Shown here: one piece after another, positions 12,744-26,541 of the stretch | How positions within the stretch are numbered: the first letter of the stretch is position 1 | How the letters are laid out: each line of letters begins with the position of its first letter | Source of the DNA: Octopus bimaculoides | Lineage: Eukaryota | NCBI RefSeq assembly: GCF_001194135.2 | Contig: NC_068998.1 | Location: 17,838,631 to 17,902,630, forward strand | Direction: 5' to 3' | DNA: 64,000 nucleotides | The notes under the pieces: generated by a model | Database searches by the model: none | What the model was told of the DNA's origin: nothing | The model's input: the letters and a program-made list of their open reading frames with translations, nothing else | Made by a program: the position numbers and the translations under genes

Positions 12744-14672
12744 TTAAGTTAAAATTTATAATTTTAGCTTAGAACAAGTTCTGTTTCAAACAGCAGTCTT
12801 AAAGTTAATTTTATTAAATCCCTCCAAATTTTTGATTACTTCAAAAATTAAAAACAAACACAACACCATGTCTCATCAGAAATATGGTAATGGAATGATT
12901 TAAATAATAGATCTTGCTTTTTGTTAGTCAGATAAACTGAATCAAGCACATTTTAGGGCTTTGTTAAGTGGGTGTGAAGACACTTTATAATGACAGCAGT
13001 AAGATTAATCAAATAAGATTCGTTAAAAAAAAAAGCAAAAAAAAAAGCATGAATTAATTTGTATTACCATTTGTTCCTGCATTTAGCCAGCTTAAAATTA
13101 ATTCATCATGTCAATTTAAATTGGCTTGAATCATGACAACACGTGCAGCCCATGTCAGTGTGGAAAGTGGATGTAAAATGATAATGATAATGGTGCACAG
13201 TTGTAAATGTTTCTATATTTTATTTATTACTTACTGGTTCCTTCAACTGGCCATTGCATTTTAAATTCACCCACCCTCCTTGATTAGATAAATTATTTAA
13301 TTAGAGAAAAGAAAAAGAAAGAAAAAAAAATCTCTTGCATTGTAAAAGTTGAGCTCTTCTGATTTACTTGTATCACAGTTCAGACAAGACCTTCCAGGCT
13401 TTGCATTACATGAAGTTAGGCCTTGTGTTGGTAGAAAGTAGTGTTTTTGAATTTTTTAAATTCATTAGCATCAGTATATAAAATTGGACAATTAATATAG
13501 AATAAAAAGAAGCAGTGTAATTTACTGTGGTTAGCATGAGCTAATTTGAAATTTAAAAGATGTGGCAGTAATTTCATATTTAATAACATAACTATCTTCA
13601 CATTAAAGGATTGAGTCTATTTTGTTAAATCTCTATTATTAAATGGACAATTTTGAGATTAGTTAAGATTTTTATTACATAAAATGTTCCCATTTATTAA
13701 TAGCAATGTAATATGATATAATAATATAACCTTAAGGTTAAGATTGCTAAATTCTCTATCAGTACTTAAGTCTAAAACTTTATATTCATAACCTCAGGGC
13801 AGTAACTATATAAATAATCTGAAAATCTCAATAAATTGTATGTGGATATGTGAATGTTTATGTAATTATTTCCTTTTTTTTTTTATGGATTATGAATATG
13901 TAACACAGTTGTACTTTATGGTGCCTGTAAATACACATAAACAGTATAGAGCAATGCAAATAACTAGCTATGTTCCTTTTCTATTATTTATTTGGTATTT
14001 ATTTTTCTATGAGGCTGTAGAAATTTTCAAGTCTATAAAACACAAACTTCTTCCTGAGTACTATCAATTTCTTCTCGACTGTTGCTGTTTTCAGTACAGT
14101 GCAAAGTAGGTTGCAATCAATATCTCAGAATTCATGTCATAACCATACATCAGCCACGCATTCATCCATAATCTCTGCGGTTTACTTTTATTACTATGGA
14201 TTGTCTCACTTGAAATAGACTTAACTGGTGATTTGGCTTCAAATCAATTATTGAAGGAGGCCAAATGTATCAGCAGATTGTTTTTAGTATTCTGTTGATC
14301 CCTGCTTTTCATTTGGCTCAGCTCTTCCTCCAGTGCGCAGTATATTGTCGACCAGCCAGCATCTTGGCTACTTCCAACTTTTTCACTCCCGTTATTCTTT
14401 AATTGTGGTTTAGTCCTTTCCAACAATCCTGGACGGATTACTTGCTTTAAATGCCTTGAACATGAAGGTCGAACCACTTTCGACGTCTCTTTTGAGGATA
14501 CCTGATGAGTTTATTGGTGATTCTTTTTTCTTCATTTTTTTACATCTCTTGTTATTTGTGTTATTCAAGCATCAATCGCTCTGTGCTATCTGCTGAATAT
14601 TGAAAATTGAGTGATAGAATTTAGCATGGTATACTCTCTCAATTGTGTTGCAGTTTCTCTAGAGTGACTAGA

Positions 14673-14735
<63 letters not shown>
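14673..14735. repeat. Poly(A) run of about 60 nt
   Basis: Uninterrupted A run. Confidence 0.9.
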
Positions 14736-14738
<3 letters not shown>

Positions 14739-15086
14739 AGCAAAAAAGAGTTCTTTATGACCAATTTCTGTTGCTTCCTATCTGCTGTTTGTAACAAATT
14801 TTTTTTTTTTACTATGGTAATTGAAAAGCTGTGTACTAATGTTTCAGTACTGAGAAATTATATCGACTACAGTTATACATTTTTAACTCATCTTACTTAT
14901 AATATACTTTTTGCTTATAACTGATTTGGTCCCCTAAATTTTAACATAGTAAAGTATCAACAATGAAGTCACATGTAGCCTACACAAGAGGGTTGCCAAC
15001 AGTACATCTGCTCTCATTGTTGTTTCAGGTCTTTCTTTTCAAATGTGTTTCAAACTTCGATTAATATAGAGTTTATTTTTATACAT

Positions 15087-15123
<37 letters not shown>

Positions 15124-15132
15124 TGTGCGCAC

Positions 15133-15625
15133 ATGATGGTTCAATAGTCAAGAAGTTTGCTTTTCAATCAATAGGTTCCTTTCTCAATCTCAGTATGTGG
15201 TGCCATGAGCAAGTGTCTTTTACCAGAATCTTGGGTTTACCCAAACCTTTTGATTTTTGAATGAAATTGAGAAGACAAAAATTGTATCGATGTGCGTTGG
15301 ATGTACTGTACTTGTGATGCAAAGGTTAAACCTATTATAGCATCATGTTAATTCTGCCTAAGTCTACTTTGCTTTTTAATTTCTATGGTCTCTATGTATG
15401 TATGTGTGTGTATATATAGATGTGTGTGTGTGTATGTCTTTGTGTCTTTGTGTTTGCCCCTTCCCACTGCTCTACAGCTAGTGTTGGTTTGTTTACATCC
15501 CATAACTTGTTTGGCAAAAGAAATTGATAGAATAAGTATCAGACTCAAAATATAAGTACTCTTCAAGGTGATGCTCCAGCATGGCGCAGTTTAATGGCTG
15601 AAACAAGTAAGAGAGAAAAGATATC
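15133..15625 (+). mobile_element. Same SINE family, diverged copy
   Basis: Decayed head, (TG)n middle, tail GCTCCAGCATGGCGCAGTTTAATGGCTGAAACAAGTAAGAG. Confidence 0.7.
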
Positions 15626-16964
15626 ATGCATATCCACACCTTGTTTGAATGTATTCTCCATAATATAATGGCCTACCATCTTTCAAAAGTAAGCAGGTTG
15701 TGTGAGTTAGCTTCTATCACAAACTAGATTTGAACAGATGTTCTGGAGATAAATTGCTTGAAAGAAATTAATATAATGATTAAACTCTTTCATAATGACT
15801 TCTTTGTTAACTATGGTAATTTAAATACTGAATTTTCATTGGTTTATTTAAAACAATTTACTGAGTCCAAGCTACTTTCTATCATTACAACCTTTATAAG
15901 CATTACCATGTGTCGGTAGTGCAAATTTCTTTTGCCTGTTCTTCTGCTCCCTACAATTGCATTCTCTTTCTACTTTAAATCTTGTCTGTCTTGTTCATCA
16001 TTCTATTTAAGTTGCTGTTCTCACTTCATTCTCCGAGCTTACCTTTTAATTATATAACAATTTAGCTGACAGGTTGTTCTTTTGGCATATCAAGAATTTC
16101 TGATGATTAATAAATAAATTATTCCCATAGCGCTGTGTATATTTATGAACGAAATTTCTTTTTACATTGAGTCTGTTTTAAACCAAGATGCTAAACAATG
16201 CTAGTTACTCAATTCACAGAGGTTTCTTTATGTAATGTTAGCTTCTATTGAAAACTCTCTAAATATTTTCAATTGTCTGTATTGTGTTCAATGTGAGTGT
16301 CTATTTGCTCCACAGATTAACAAAAGGTTTATTTACTTTCTAGGTTGGTTCTTAAACGTATGAATTACTACTGGGAACTATTTGTTGTGTATGTAAAATT
16401 CTTAAAACTAAAAATATTGAATCAACTGTTAATTTTATTAACATTTGGACCTCTGTTCAATTCCATTTGGATTAACTGATTTATTTATTTATTTTTATTT
16501 TATTATAACTAACTTAATGTCTTAAATTAACATTTTAATTTAATTGATTTAGATACTAAAATTTTATAATAATTTCCTTTTGGAGGTTGTTCATTTCTAA
16601 GAATAAATGGACAGCATAAAATCCTAACGCGATATTTAGCTTCAAGAGCAAACTTTCTTCTGTAGGAAGTCAGTAGCAAATGAAAAACAAATGCTTTTTT
16701 TTTTTTTTAAGTATTTAATTTGAGAGTTTTGTTTTTAATTTTATTTACTGCAAATAAGAACAATCTTGTTATTTCATCACATTTGCATTCTAACTGTATG
16801 TAGTTTTTTTTTTTTTTATGTTTAGAATATTTCTAGCTGGCAACTTGAAATTACAGCACATTGCATATCAGCTAAATTTAGATATTTACATTTTCAATTG
16901 GTTTCATGTTTGTTTGTTTTTTGGCTAATGTCTTCAAATTATAACGACTTTAGTCTTCAATGTA

Positions 16965-17004
<40 letters not shown>

Positions 17005-17482
17005 GCTTAGATTTTGAAAAGTAAAGAAGCAAATATTGTATCATTAGTTATCTTCTGTTCCCATAAACACATCCTCTGTGATTCTATAATCAATTTGGAA
17101 TAAATCTTAAGTCTTTCTGGCCTCAATTAAAGGCTGTTACATGTTTACCCATACCCATCTTCTCTCTTACACACACGCATGCATGCTTGCATGCAAGTAG
17201 GCTCTCTCATTCTTTATGATTGCTATAACACTTAAAACATCATTTAACAGATTTAAGTTATTCAAAAAAAAAAAACAACAAAAAAACAAAAAGAAACAAA
17301 CAAGGAAACAATTTTTTTTTAACTGATTCTAAAATTGTGGTCATTTGTTAGCAAAAATAAACTGCAAACATATTTCACACTTCATTTATTAGTAATTCTA
17401 TTACTGTTTGCTAACCTACTAATTGTCATTGTATTTTCTATATTGCACTGTATCTTTGATTTATTATTATTGTTATTACGAT

Positions 17483-18900
17483 GTGAAGGCAGTGAGCTGG
17501 CAGAATTGTTAGCATACTGGGCAAAATGCTGCTGGGGTACACATTGCCTTTCATCCTTTCAGGGTCGAAAAATAAGTACCTGTTGAGCACTGGGGTCTAT
17601 GAAATTGACTTAGCCCCCTCCCCTGAAATTTCAAACCTTGTGCCTATAGTAGAAAGGATTATTATTATATGATGGTAGTGAGCTGGCAGAATCGTTAGCA
17701 TGCTGGGCAAAATGCCTGGCTGCATTTCATCCGTCTTTATGTTCCGAGTTCAAATTCTGCCGAGGCCAACTTTGCCTGTCATTCTTTTGGGTGGTGAGCC
17801 GGCAGAACTGTTTGCACACAGGGCTAAATGCTTAGCAGCATTTCTTCTGTATTTATGTTCTGCTTTCAAATTCTGCTGAAGTTGACTTTGCCTTTCGTCC
17901 CTTTGAGGTCAATAGAATATCAGTTGAACACTGGGATCAATGTAATTGACTTTCTTCTTCCACCTGAAACTGCTAGCCTTGTGCCAAAATTTGAAACCAT
18001 TATTGTTATTATCATTAAAGAGGTGATCTGGCAGAATTATTAGCATACTGGGCAAGATGCATAGTATCATTTTGTCCATCTTTTACGTTCTGTGTTCAAA
18101 TTCTGCTGAGGTCAACTTTGCTTTTTATCATTTTGAGATCAATAAAATAAGTACCATTTGTACAATGGAGTTGATGTAATCGATTTATCTCTCCACTAAA
18201 CTTGCTGGCCTTGTGCCAAAATTTGAAACCATTATTATTATTTAGTGAGAGAGCAGCGCATGCCATCAAAATGATATTGGGGTACAAATATGCGAAGCCC
18301 AATATATCCATCATGACTACCTGTCCGATAAGAATATTGAGCAGAATATTTGTTGTAGCTCATCTTTTATACCAAGACAAATATGATAGCACTTCCAATC
18401 AGTTAAGATTAAAAGTCATGAGAGCCACTGTCTAGTTCTGCATTACAGCATTTATGATTATTATTATCATTAGGTGAGCTGGCAGAATCATTAGCACGCC
18501 GAGTGAAATACTTAGTGGTATTTCATTTGTCTTCACGTTCTGGGTTCAAATTTTGCCGAGGTCGACTTTGCCTTTTATCCTTTTAGGATCAATAAATTAA
18601 GTACCAGTGAAAGACTGGGGTTGATGTAATCAACAAGTCCCCTCCCCCAATATGTCAGACCTCATGCCTTTAATAGAAAGGATTATTATTATTATTAAAG
18701 CAGTGAGCTGGCAGAATCATTAGCATGTTGGATGAAATGCTTTGTGGCATTTCTTCTAGCTCTTTAGATTGTGTTCAAATCCTACCTAGGTCAACACTGC
18801 TTTTCATTCTTTTTTATCAGCCACTTAAGCACTAGGGTTAATGTAATTGACTGTCCTGTCTATATGATCTTGTGTCCACATTAGATAACATTATTGTTGT
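17483..18900 (+). mobile_element. Cluster of six same-orientation tRNA-derived SINEs (GTGAGCTGGCAGAA family)
   Basis: Heads GTGAGCTGGCAGAAT..TTAGCA at ~17487, 17677, 17794, 18023, 18474 and 18705, with GTTCAAAT B-box-like motif, GACTTTGCCTTTCATCC core and (ATT)n tails. Confidence 0.85.
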
Positions 18901-19124
18901 TATCAGTTTTTGTTGGCATATTTGTTTTAAATTAAAAGTAGACCTGAAAATTCTTTTTCTCAATTGAAATAGTTACATTATTTCTTAGTAATTTTATTTA
19001 CAATGTTTGCAAAATTTTGGTAGTTTATTTTTTTCCTGGTTATAACATGAACTTCCTGTATCAAGTGTTACTATTTCCATTGGTATGACCAGATTATTCA
19101 GTATTACAATGCTGAAGATAATTA

Positions 19125-19176
<52 letters not shown>

Positions 19177-19901
19177 CCATTGGACACTTGGTTATAGGTG
19201 CAAGGTGTAACTGTGTGATTAAGAAGTTTATTTACCATTTCCATGGTTTTGGGTTCAGTCCTACTATATGGCACTCTGAGCAAGTGTCTTCTACTACAGC
19301 CATGGGCTGACCAAAGCTATGTGAGTGAATTTGGTAGCCAGCAACTGAAAGAAGCTCGTCTGTGTGTGTCTCCTTGTCCTGACATCACTTGAATGTAAAT
19401 GAATAGTATTCTTTTCCAGTATTCTGTGGAAACATGACTAGTCTTGGGGAAATGTTACCTTCTTCGGAAATAGTAACAGGAAGGGCATTTAGTCATAGAA
19501 AATCTGCCTCGGTAAATTCCACCTGACTCGTACTAGCATGAATAAGTGATGATGACAGCCATTCAGCAAAGAGGTTTAATAAATTCTGTGCATGAAGACA
19601 AGATTCCATTTTTCCATACAAAAATTTAAGGTTCAAATCTGGGTGTTTGGGAGCTTTGTCAAACCTGATGTTGCTGTTCACATTTGTTCTCTTGTGCACT
19701 TAGACACATTTTGAGAATTTTCATGGAATACTCATACTGATAAAGATTTGAACCTTAAACAATGAGCAATAGTGTGACATCTTTCTAGATTTATCTACCC
19801 TTTTAGTTAGCACGATTGATTGATGTTAAAGATTTTGTATTATTGATGCAAAGAACAGAAGTTAAAACTGTTCCCTTGGCAATATATTGTACCTATTGGT
19901 A

Positions 19902-20070
19902 AAGCAGTGAGCTGGCAGAATTGGTATCACACTGGGAAAAATGCTTAGCAGCATTTTTTCCATCTATGCATTCGTTCTGAGTTCAAATTCCACTGAGGCC
20001 GACTTTGCCTTTCATCTTTTTTGGGGTCTATAAAATTTGCTAGCCTTGTGCCAAAATTTGAAACCAATAT
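19902..20070 (+). mobile_element. SINE, GTGAGCTGGCAGAA family, internally deleted
   Basis: Same head and core; tail CCTTGTGCCAAAATTTGAAACC. Confidence 0.8.
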
Positions 20071-20364
20071 ATGGTACCTATTAGCAAAAAAAAAAAAAAA
20101 AGTACATAGATTGAATCATTCCACTTTAGAAATGGATTAATGTCAACAGAGAGATTCAGCTACATTTGTTCTAAAAATCCACACAAATATTCAACTAGTA
20201 GAGCAATAAAGGCTAAATTCTACAAAGAACAGCACTGACTGGTGTTGAATGAAAATGGGAATTTGAGTGCAAATCATTGAACCCTTCCATGATTCTGACT
20301 AGAATATTTCTACTTGTTTGTTTCAATTAATTTTCAAAATAGCCAAGAATTTCGAGTGGGTGTT

Positions 20365-20401
<37 letters not shown>

Positions 20402-21689
20402 AGTAGCATTTTCTTTTTTTTTTATACAGTATTAAGCTGGTGCTTGAAACTATGAACTTCTTTCAGGAAACAATGATGGAACTTTAGTTTTCTGACCTCT
20501 TACATAAGCAATCATGTAGTAATGACACTTTGGTTGAGATTGTACTTACAATAACATTTTAATGTTTTTGACTATGACCAGTTTTAGTACTTTGGTAACA
20601 TGGGACTAGGAACTGAACTGGCATTGAAAACAACTTACTGCTTACTAATAAATATAATTTTTATCAATAATAAGAAAACTAAAGGATATTTACACAATGA
20701 CTAGAATATAAAATGAAAGTTGGTGATTGGAACAGATAATGTGAAATTGAAGCAAAAAAAAAAAAAGGCAGAAAACTTAATTTGAAAAAAATGTTACGGT
20801 AGAAGAATTGAGAACAAATATATTTGGAGATTGTTGTGGAAGATGATTTTATGAAGTTTGATTTGAAGTGGTGTGTGTATGTGGTTGCATGCGTTATTTG
20901 AAAGTCTATTTGGATACATTTTATTTTAAGAAATAAGGATTTCTTACTGAAGCAGTTAACTTTGGGTTTATTTAGAAGAGAAACAGAAAGTTTCCATGTT
21001 TATTTAGAAGAGAAATGGGAAGGTTTTCATGTTTTCCCAATACACTTTAGAATTGTAGGCAAATCCATTCCAAATGAAAGCAAAAACTAGAGTTACATGT
21101 TGCATCTCTAACTCCTTCACTATATTCTCAACGTAAATCTAAAATGACATTTTGCATAGACATGATATTTTGGATTTATTAGAAGAGGATTTAGAGGTTT
21201 TTAAGTGCATTACTGATATAGGTGAAGCAGTTCTCATGCTGATTTAGTCACATTATTGGACCTGGTTTATCAGAGAATTTATCACTTTGTATATTAAAAG
21301 ATTGAGTATATTATGATAGGTTTGTCTCAGTATCTCAGCTCACTATAAAATCATTATCTGGCTGGATGTTTTTTATCTGTATTTAAAAAAATTTTTTTAT
21401 GTGTTTTGTTGGTTTTGGGGTAAAAAACAAAGAAACAGAGATTGTCCTTCTTCACTGTGCCAACCATTTTGAGAGGTCCCTCCAAAAAATTGACTATAAT
21501 TTTCTGCGTACTTAGGGAGGGGCACAAAACACAAACTGGAGAAAAGATTTAGGGAGAAGGAAAGTGGTTTTAAAATTTGTCTCTCAATAGATTATATGCC
21601 TTTAGATTAATGGAGTTATTTCTGGAGTTCATATGGTGTCTAAGCAATATACTTAAATTTACAGTAATTTTTTTAAAGACATTACTTAA

Positions 21690-21948
21690 ACCTTGTAAGT
21701 GGTTTTGGCAGATGGAAACTGAAAGAAACGTATAGATACATACCTATATGCACCACCATCATACAAGCTATGTTGTTTGTTTCTAGTCTTCTGTGAAAAA
21801 ACATGTCTGCCCATGGGGGAAATATTACTTAGAAACAAATGAGATTTAGTGACAGGAAGAGCATCTGGCTGTAGTAAAACCTGCCTCAACAAATTTCATC
21901 TGACCCATGCAAGCATGGAAAAGTGAATGTTAAATGATGAGGATGACA
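21690..21948 (+). mobile_element. SINE with RTE-like tail (variant body)
   Basis: GGAAACTGAAAGAA body; tail TGACCCATGCAAGCATGGAAAAGTGAATGTTAAATGATGAG. Related pieces at ~1597-1950 (-), 19195-19560 (+), 27638-27880 (-), 34655-34980 (-), 39810-40170 (+) and 45560-45750 (+). Confidence 0.7.
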
Positions 21949-22990
21949 TTGTTGACAGGTGATAACTGTGATGTAGCATAGTTGCCTAATCAGAAAAGAA
22001 TTGTTAGTTCTGTTTTCTGCCCAAGAATATTTTATCAGCCTATTTCAGTATGCTGATATGGGAATCTTTTATATTTATTTTCACTTTCACCATTTTACAA
22101 AATTTTCCATTTTAGTATCCACTATTTGGTTATGCAATTTGACATAAATTTACACAGGTTTTGGTGTAAAAGTTTTAGATGTTTTTCACTAACACCAAAC
22201 ATTTTAATCATGTAGTACAGTGGACAACCTATTTTTGGCTTGTTTAACTGAAGACAATAATTAATGTTTAGTCATTATTATCTATCTTTCTAATTACTTA
22301 GGCTACCACACCTATAGTAATGTCCAAGAATGATGAATATTTGACATATTTTGTTTGAAACTCTAGCATTCCTCTATCAGATCTGTCACTTGAAAAAATT
22401 TTAAATTGCACAAGATATATTTTATTGGAGTAGAGCACTGTTTATTTGGCTTTAATATATCTGGTGAACAGACCTTGTTGCTAACAATCTGTTATAAATT
22501 ACTTTTTTAAAATCATCTAATCCATTCACTGAAACTGTGACTTGCTACCAGGAATCTTCAGAATGTCAGTTATTTTTGGGGTCACTATCAGTATAAATCT
22601 AAAGATTTTATTTTAGCAATTTAGTTTAATTTCATAATGGTGCTGAATTGTTTGTAATTTAAGTAATATTTGTCTGCTTTTATGTGGTGAGTACCATAAA
22701 CCGTAGTCTTTTTTTGTAGGCTGGAAGTTTGAGAAATTTGGCTGCTTTTTCTAGCAATTGTTGGCATTGTTGATATTAAGTCTAGGTAAACCGTGACAAT
22801 CTTGTCTATATTTCTGACCATTATCTAAGACTATATTATGCAATATTCTTTTACTTTTGTTAGTTTCACTCATTGGACTATGGCCATATTGGGATGGTTC
22901 AGTACTTGTTTCTGTCTGGTCTTTATTTTATTGATATCTATTTATCAACAACTGTTAAGTTACAAACTATAAAGGGACACAAAATACTGG

Positions 22991-23026
<36 letters not shown>

Positions 23027-23111
23027 CATCCATCCATGTTGTCCTGAGGGACGACCAAGATAGATGGATAGATAGACTGGTGTAAACAAACACAAGCAGA
23101 GGAACACCTAG

Positions 23112-24275
23112 CATCACCACCATCATTGTATTGCTGTTTTTTTTCACTTTTTTTTCTCTCAGGATTGTATGGGTTGGATGGGTCTACCAATATAACATCT
23201 TGCCAATTGTGGTCTTTTGTCATTTCCCTTGTGAGGGTGATCCTTTTGTGATCAGCCTTCACCCCTTCTCATGTCTTCCTCAGTTACCTTCATCTGCAAG
23301 TTACTTCCACTTGGATAACTTGGCAATTCTTTATCCGCCTGTGATTCTCCGTATACAGCACAGTCTTCTTTCTTGCACACTATATCTAATTTTCATGTTC
23401 ACAGCTTGTCTCTCAGTTCATTTCTGCCTCATTGTCCATGCACACTAACATTACCCATCAGGTAAAACCTACTTGCTTCATTTCTATACATACTGTCTTG
23501 ATACAACCTTTACATTTAATGCTCATGTTTTTCTATCATTCAATACTTTATACACAAACATCATACAATGTGTCCTTCACTCAGCGAGAGAATCCCTGTT
23601 GCCAGCTGAGGTACTAACTATCAGAACATTTTTCTCCTCATTCTTACTCTTGGCTGCTTACCTTTTAGAACATCCTCCTCCTCTGCTAATTACATCACTT
23701 AAGAAATGAGCTATAAAAAACTCCTCTGGAGCCTTTCAAGAATGATAACAAATTTATTTTATGGCTGCTTTTACTGCTAACTACTCTTGTGCATCTGCAG
23801 CCTGTGAGGTCTTCCTTCTTTGTTAGCATACTTGAGATCCTGGTAGTTTACATTGAGTACATTGTATGGAATTCTTATTACTTCTTTTCTGCATGCATAT
23901 TGAGCATGGTTTGTTTCCAGATGGCTGTAGAGTCTTGTCTTCCTTCCTGTTAGCTAAACATTTGTGTTTGCTAGATTTACTTTGAAATCTCTTCATTCTA
24001 AGCTTTGTTTTTATCTTTGGAATTTTTTCTCTAACTCTTTGGGAGATCAACTTTGGTTACTATGTTAGCAGCACACAAGAATTCCTATGGACATCTGGTT
24101 TTAAACTCAACTTTTATGGTCTGCAAAACTATTATAAAAAGTTGAGGACTGGACACCTTTGTATGCTAAATTCTTCATTTATCTCACTACTTACTCGCAT
24201 TTTATTGATGGCATCCTGGCTCTCAAAAGTCGTTCATCTACATCTACTTTTAGATGTAGACATATACCTACTGTT
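23112..24275 (-). mobile_element. Decayed RTE-clade LINE, same family as 4615-5950
   Basis: Minus-strand peptides KVDVDERLLRA, EFKTRCP*EFLCAAN (degenerate YADD region), PCSICMQKRSNKNSIQCTQCK, MKADHKRITLTREMTKD. 3' tail CCAACCCATAC...ATGATGGTGGTGATG. Confidence 0.8.
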
Positions 24276-24286
24276 AGGGATACATG

Positions 24287-24339
<53 letters not shown>

Positions 24340-25048
24340 TGATTATGTCATTTCTGATCCCATTTGCAACAAAGGTATTGATCAATATTTGGTTATTGCA
24401 GAAGATCTCCAAGTCTCTATTCATAAGACTGGGCTAGGAACATTAGGATTGAACCTTGAACAAAATGGAACAAATTTTGAACGATAACTTTTACATCATC
24501 ATCATTTAATGTCCATGTCCTATGCTGGCATGGGTTGGAATGAGGTTTTGCAAAATATAGTTTTGAAAAAATTTAATCTTTATAAGAGTGTTTGCAGAAA
24601 TGGTAATGTCAGGCAAAATGCTTTGCAGTATTTAGTTACATCTATTTACATTGTGAGTTCAAATCCTTCTGAGACTCAAATTACTTCTTCCCTCTAATGT
24701 CAATAAAATAGATAATATCAGGCTTATACTGATCAGTTCAATCGATTTCCCAGTACCGGGATCAGTTCAATCGATTTCATCTTCCATTATTAATTTATTT
24801 TTATGTGCTATTGTTAGAAATCAATCAGAAATCAATATCCTAATCTTTATTAACACTACATTTTAGACCCTTGCACCCCACTTTTTTTTTTTTCTTTTGT
24901 ATAAATCTGCCATTTCTGCAGTAGATGAAGCACTAGGGTTGCTTCCTCCTCTAATATATCTGTTTCTATTTAGTCACAATATTAAATGACCAGGTAAAAT
25001 ACATAAAATAGAAAACTTCTTGACGATGATAAAAGAAACTAAGCCATA

Positions 25049-25080
<32 letters not shown>

Positions 25081-26352
25081 TTTGAAATCAGTATCGTGTG
25101 TCAAAGGAAGAATGAAATTTTAATTAGAGATTATGAAAGATTTATAAAGAATAAAACAATAATTCTTTTTCTAGGAAAAACACAGATTGGTGGGAGGGGG
25201 GATGTACTTACTGGCCTTCAGTGTTCAAGAGGGGTCATTAAAAAGAAAAAAAACGTGAACAACACTCATTTTTGGAAATAGACTTACTGCCCTGATATAT
25301 TATAAAAGCATTCTTTTAGAATGTTTCAGGTCTTATTTTAATCACTTTTATGATGATTTTTATTCTTTTCTATGTTCAGTATATTGTTGCTAACATTACT
25401 GCAGAGCACTTTTTTTTTTTTTTTTTTAGTTCACTTGGGATGGTCTTTATTTTCTTAAATAAGCAGTTTGCTAAGGTTTTGGTTTTCTATTTTCAGTCTT
25501 TGTTATAAAGCGGGTTTATTTATGCTTCCTTCAGCTAATGTTACATATAATCTGATCATGTATTACTCACTCTCTTTACCATTTCTCAAGAATGAATGTA
25601 ATGCAAAAGGATTGTTTGTAAAGACTTATAGTTTTATATAAATTTTTAGTTTATGAAGTACAATTACTTGCAGTTGTAAAATGAAATTATGTTTTTATCA
25701 AAATGTAATATTTAGAGTCTATATCAAAGTTTTTCTGACAGATATTCTTAAAAAATTAGCCCGCAAACATTTTACTCTGTTCCCTTTGACTGTTACTGAT
25801 TTTTATATTTAATTTTTAAATGAATGCTTCTATGTTCTTATAATTAGTGAAAAGCAAGTCTTGTGCTGCTAAAACTTGCTTTGAATATTTGAAGGGTAGG
25901 TTCCAGTTATGGTAGTTTATTACTTGGGATTGATTATGATCAATCCTAATGTGGATTTTCTTAATGGGTTCTTTGGATTTAACTTAAATTGAAAAAAAAC
26001 TCATTAAGCCAGAACATATCTCAGTTTCCAAAGTGTGTAAGCAACTGAAAACACAAGGTCACCAGTCCATTGTAGACTACTGCACATAATTTATTAACTA
26101 GGCTGAGAATCGAAACCAATGACCTTGCAATTGGAAACCCAACACCCTAACCACTAGGCTAAGCTCCTTTGCTTGTTCAATTTGATAAAAAGGGTTTTTT
26201 TAAAAACTTGTTTCAGTCATTGGACTGCCTTGAAGAGTTTAATTGAATAAATCAACCCCAGTACTTACGTTTTAAGTCTTGCACTTATTTTACAGGTCTC
26301 TTTTTGTCAAACTGCTAAGTTATAGGAATATAAACAAACACTGGTTTTCAGG

Positions 26353-26410
<58 letters not shown>

Positions 26411-26497
26411 NNNNNNNNNNNNNNNNNNNNNNNNNNNNNNNNNNNNNNNNNNNNNNNNNNNNNNNNNNNNNNNNNNNNNNNNNNNNNNNNNNNNNNN

Positions 26498-26541
<44 letters not shown>

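Noticed and set aside
14480-14530. GTC..CTGATGAG as a possible type III hammerhead
   Set aside because: No GAAA or stem II after the core, and stem I is not adjacent.
16344-16357. 14 nt candidate micro-exon (tttctag..AAC|gtatga)
   Set aside because: Splice-like signals alone are common in AT-rich introns; no homology.
21160-21280. DILDLLEEDLEVFKCITDIGEAVLML, faintly like a CR1/L2 endonuclease segment
   Set aside because: Too short and decayed to call without a profile search.
22720-22785. Exon-like segment with good acceptor and donor
   Set aside because: Stops in all three frames; could only be non-coding or a poison exon, with no other support.
24731-24778. 19 bp direct repeat GATCAGTTCAATCGATTTC separated by 10 bp
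   Set aside because: Most likely a local duplication in a decayed SINE; only two units.
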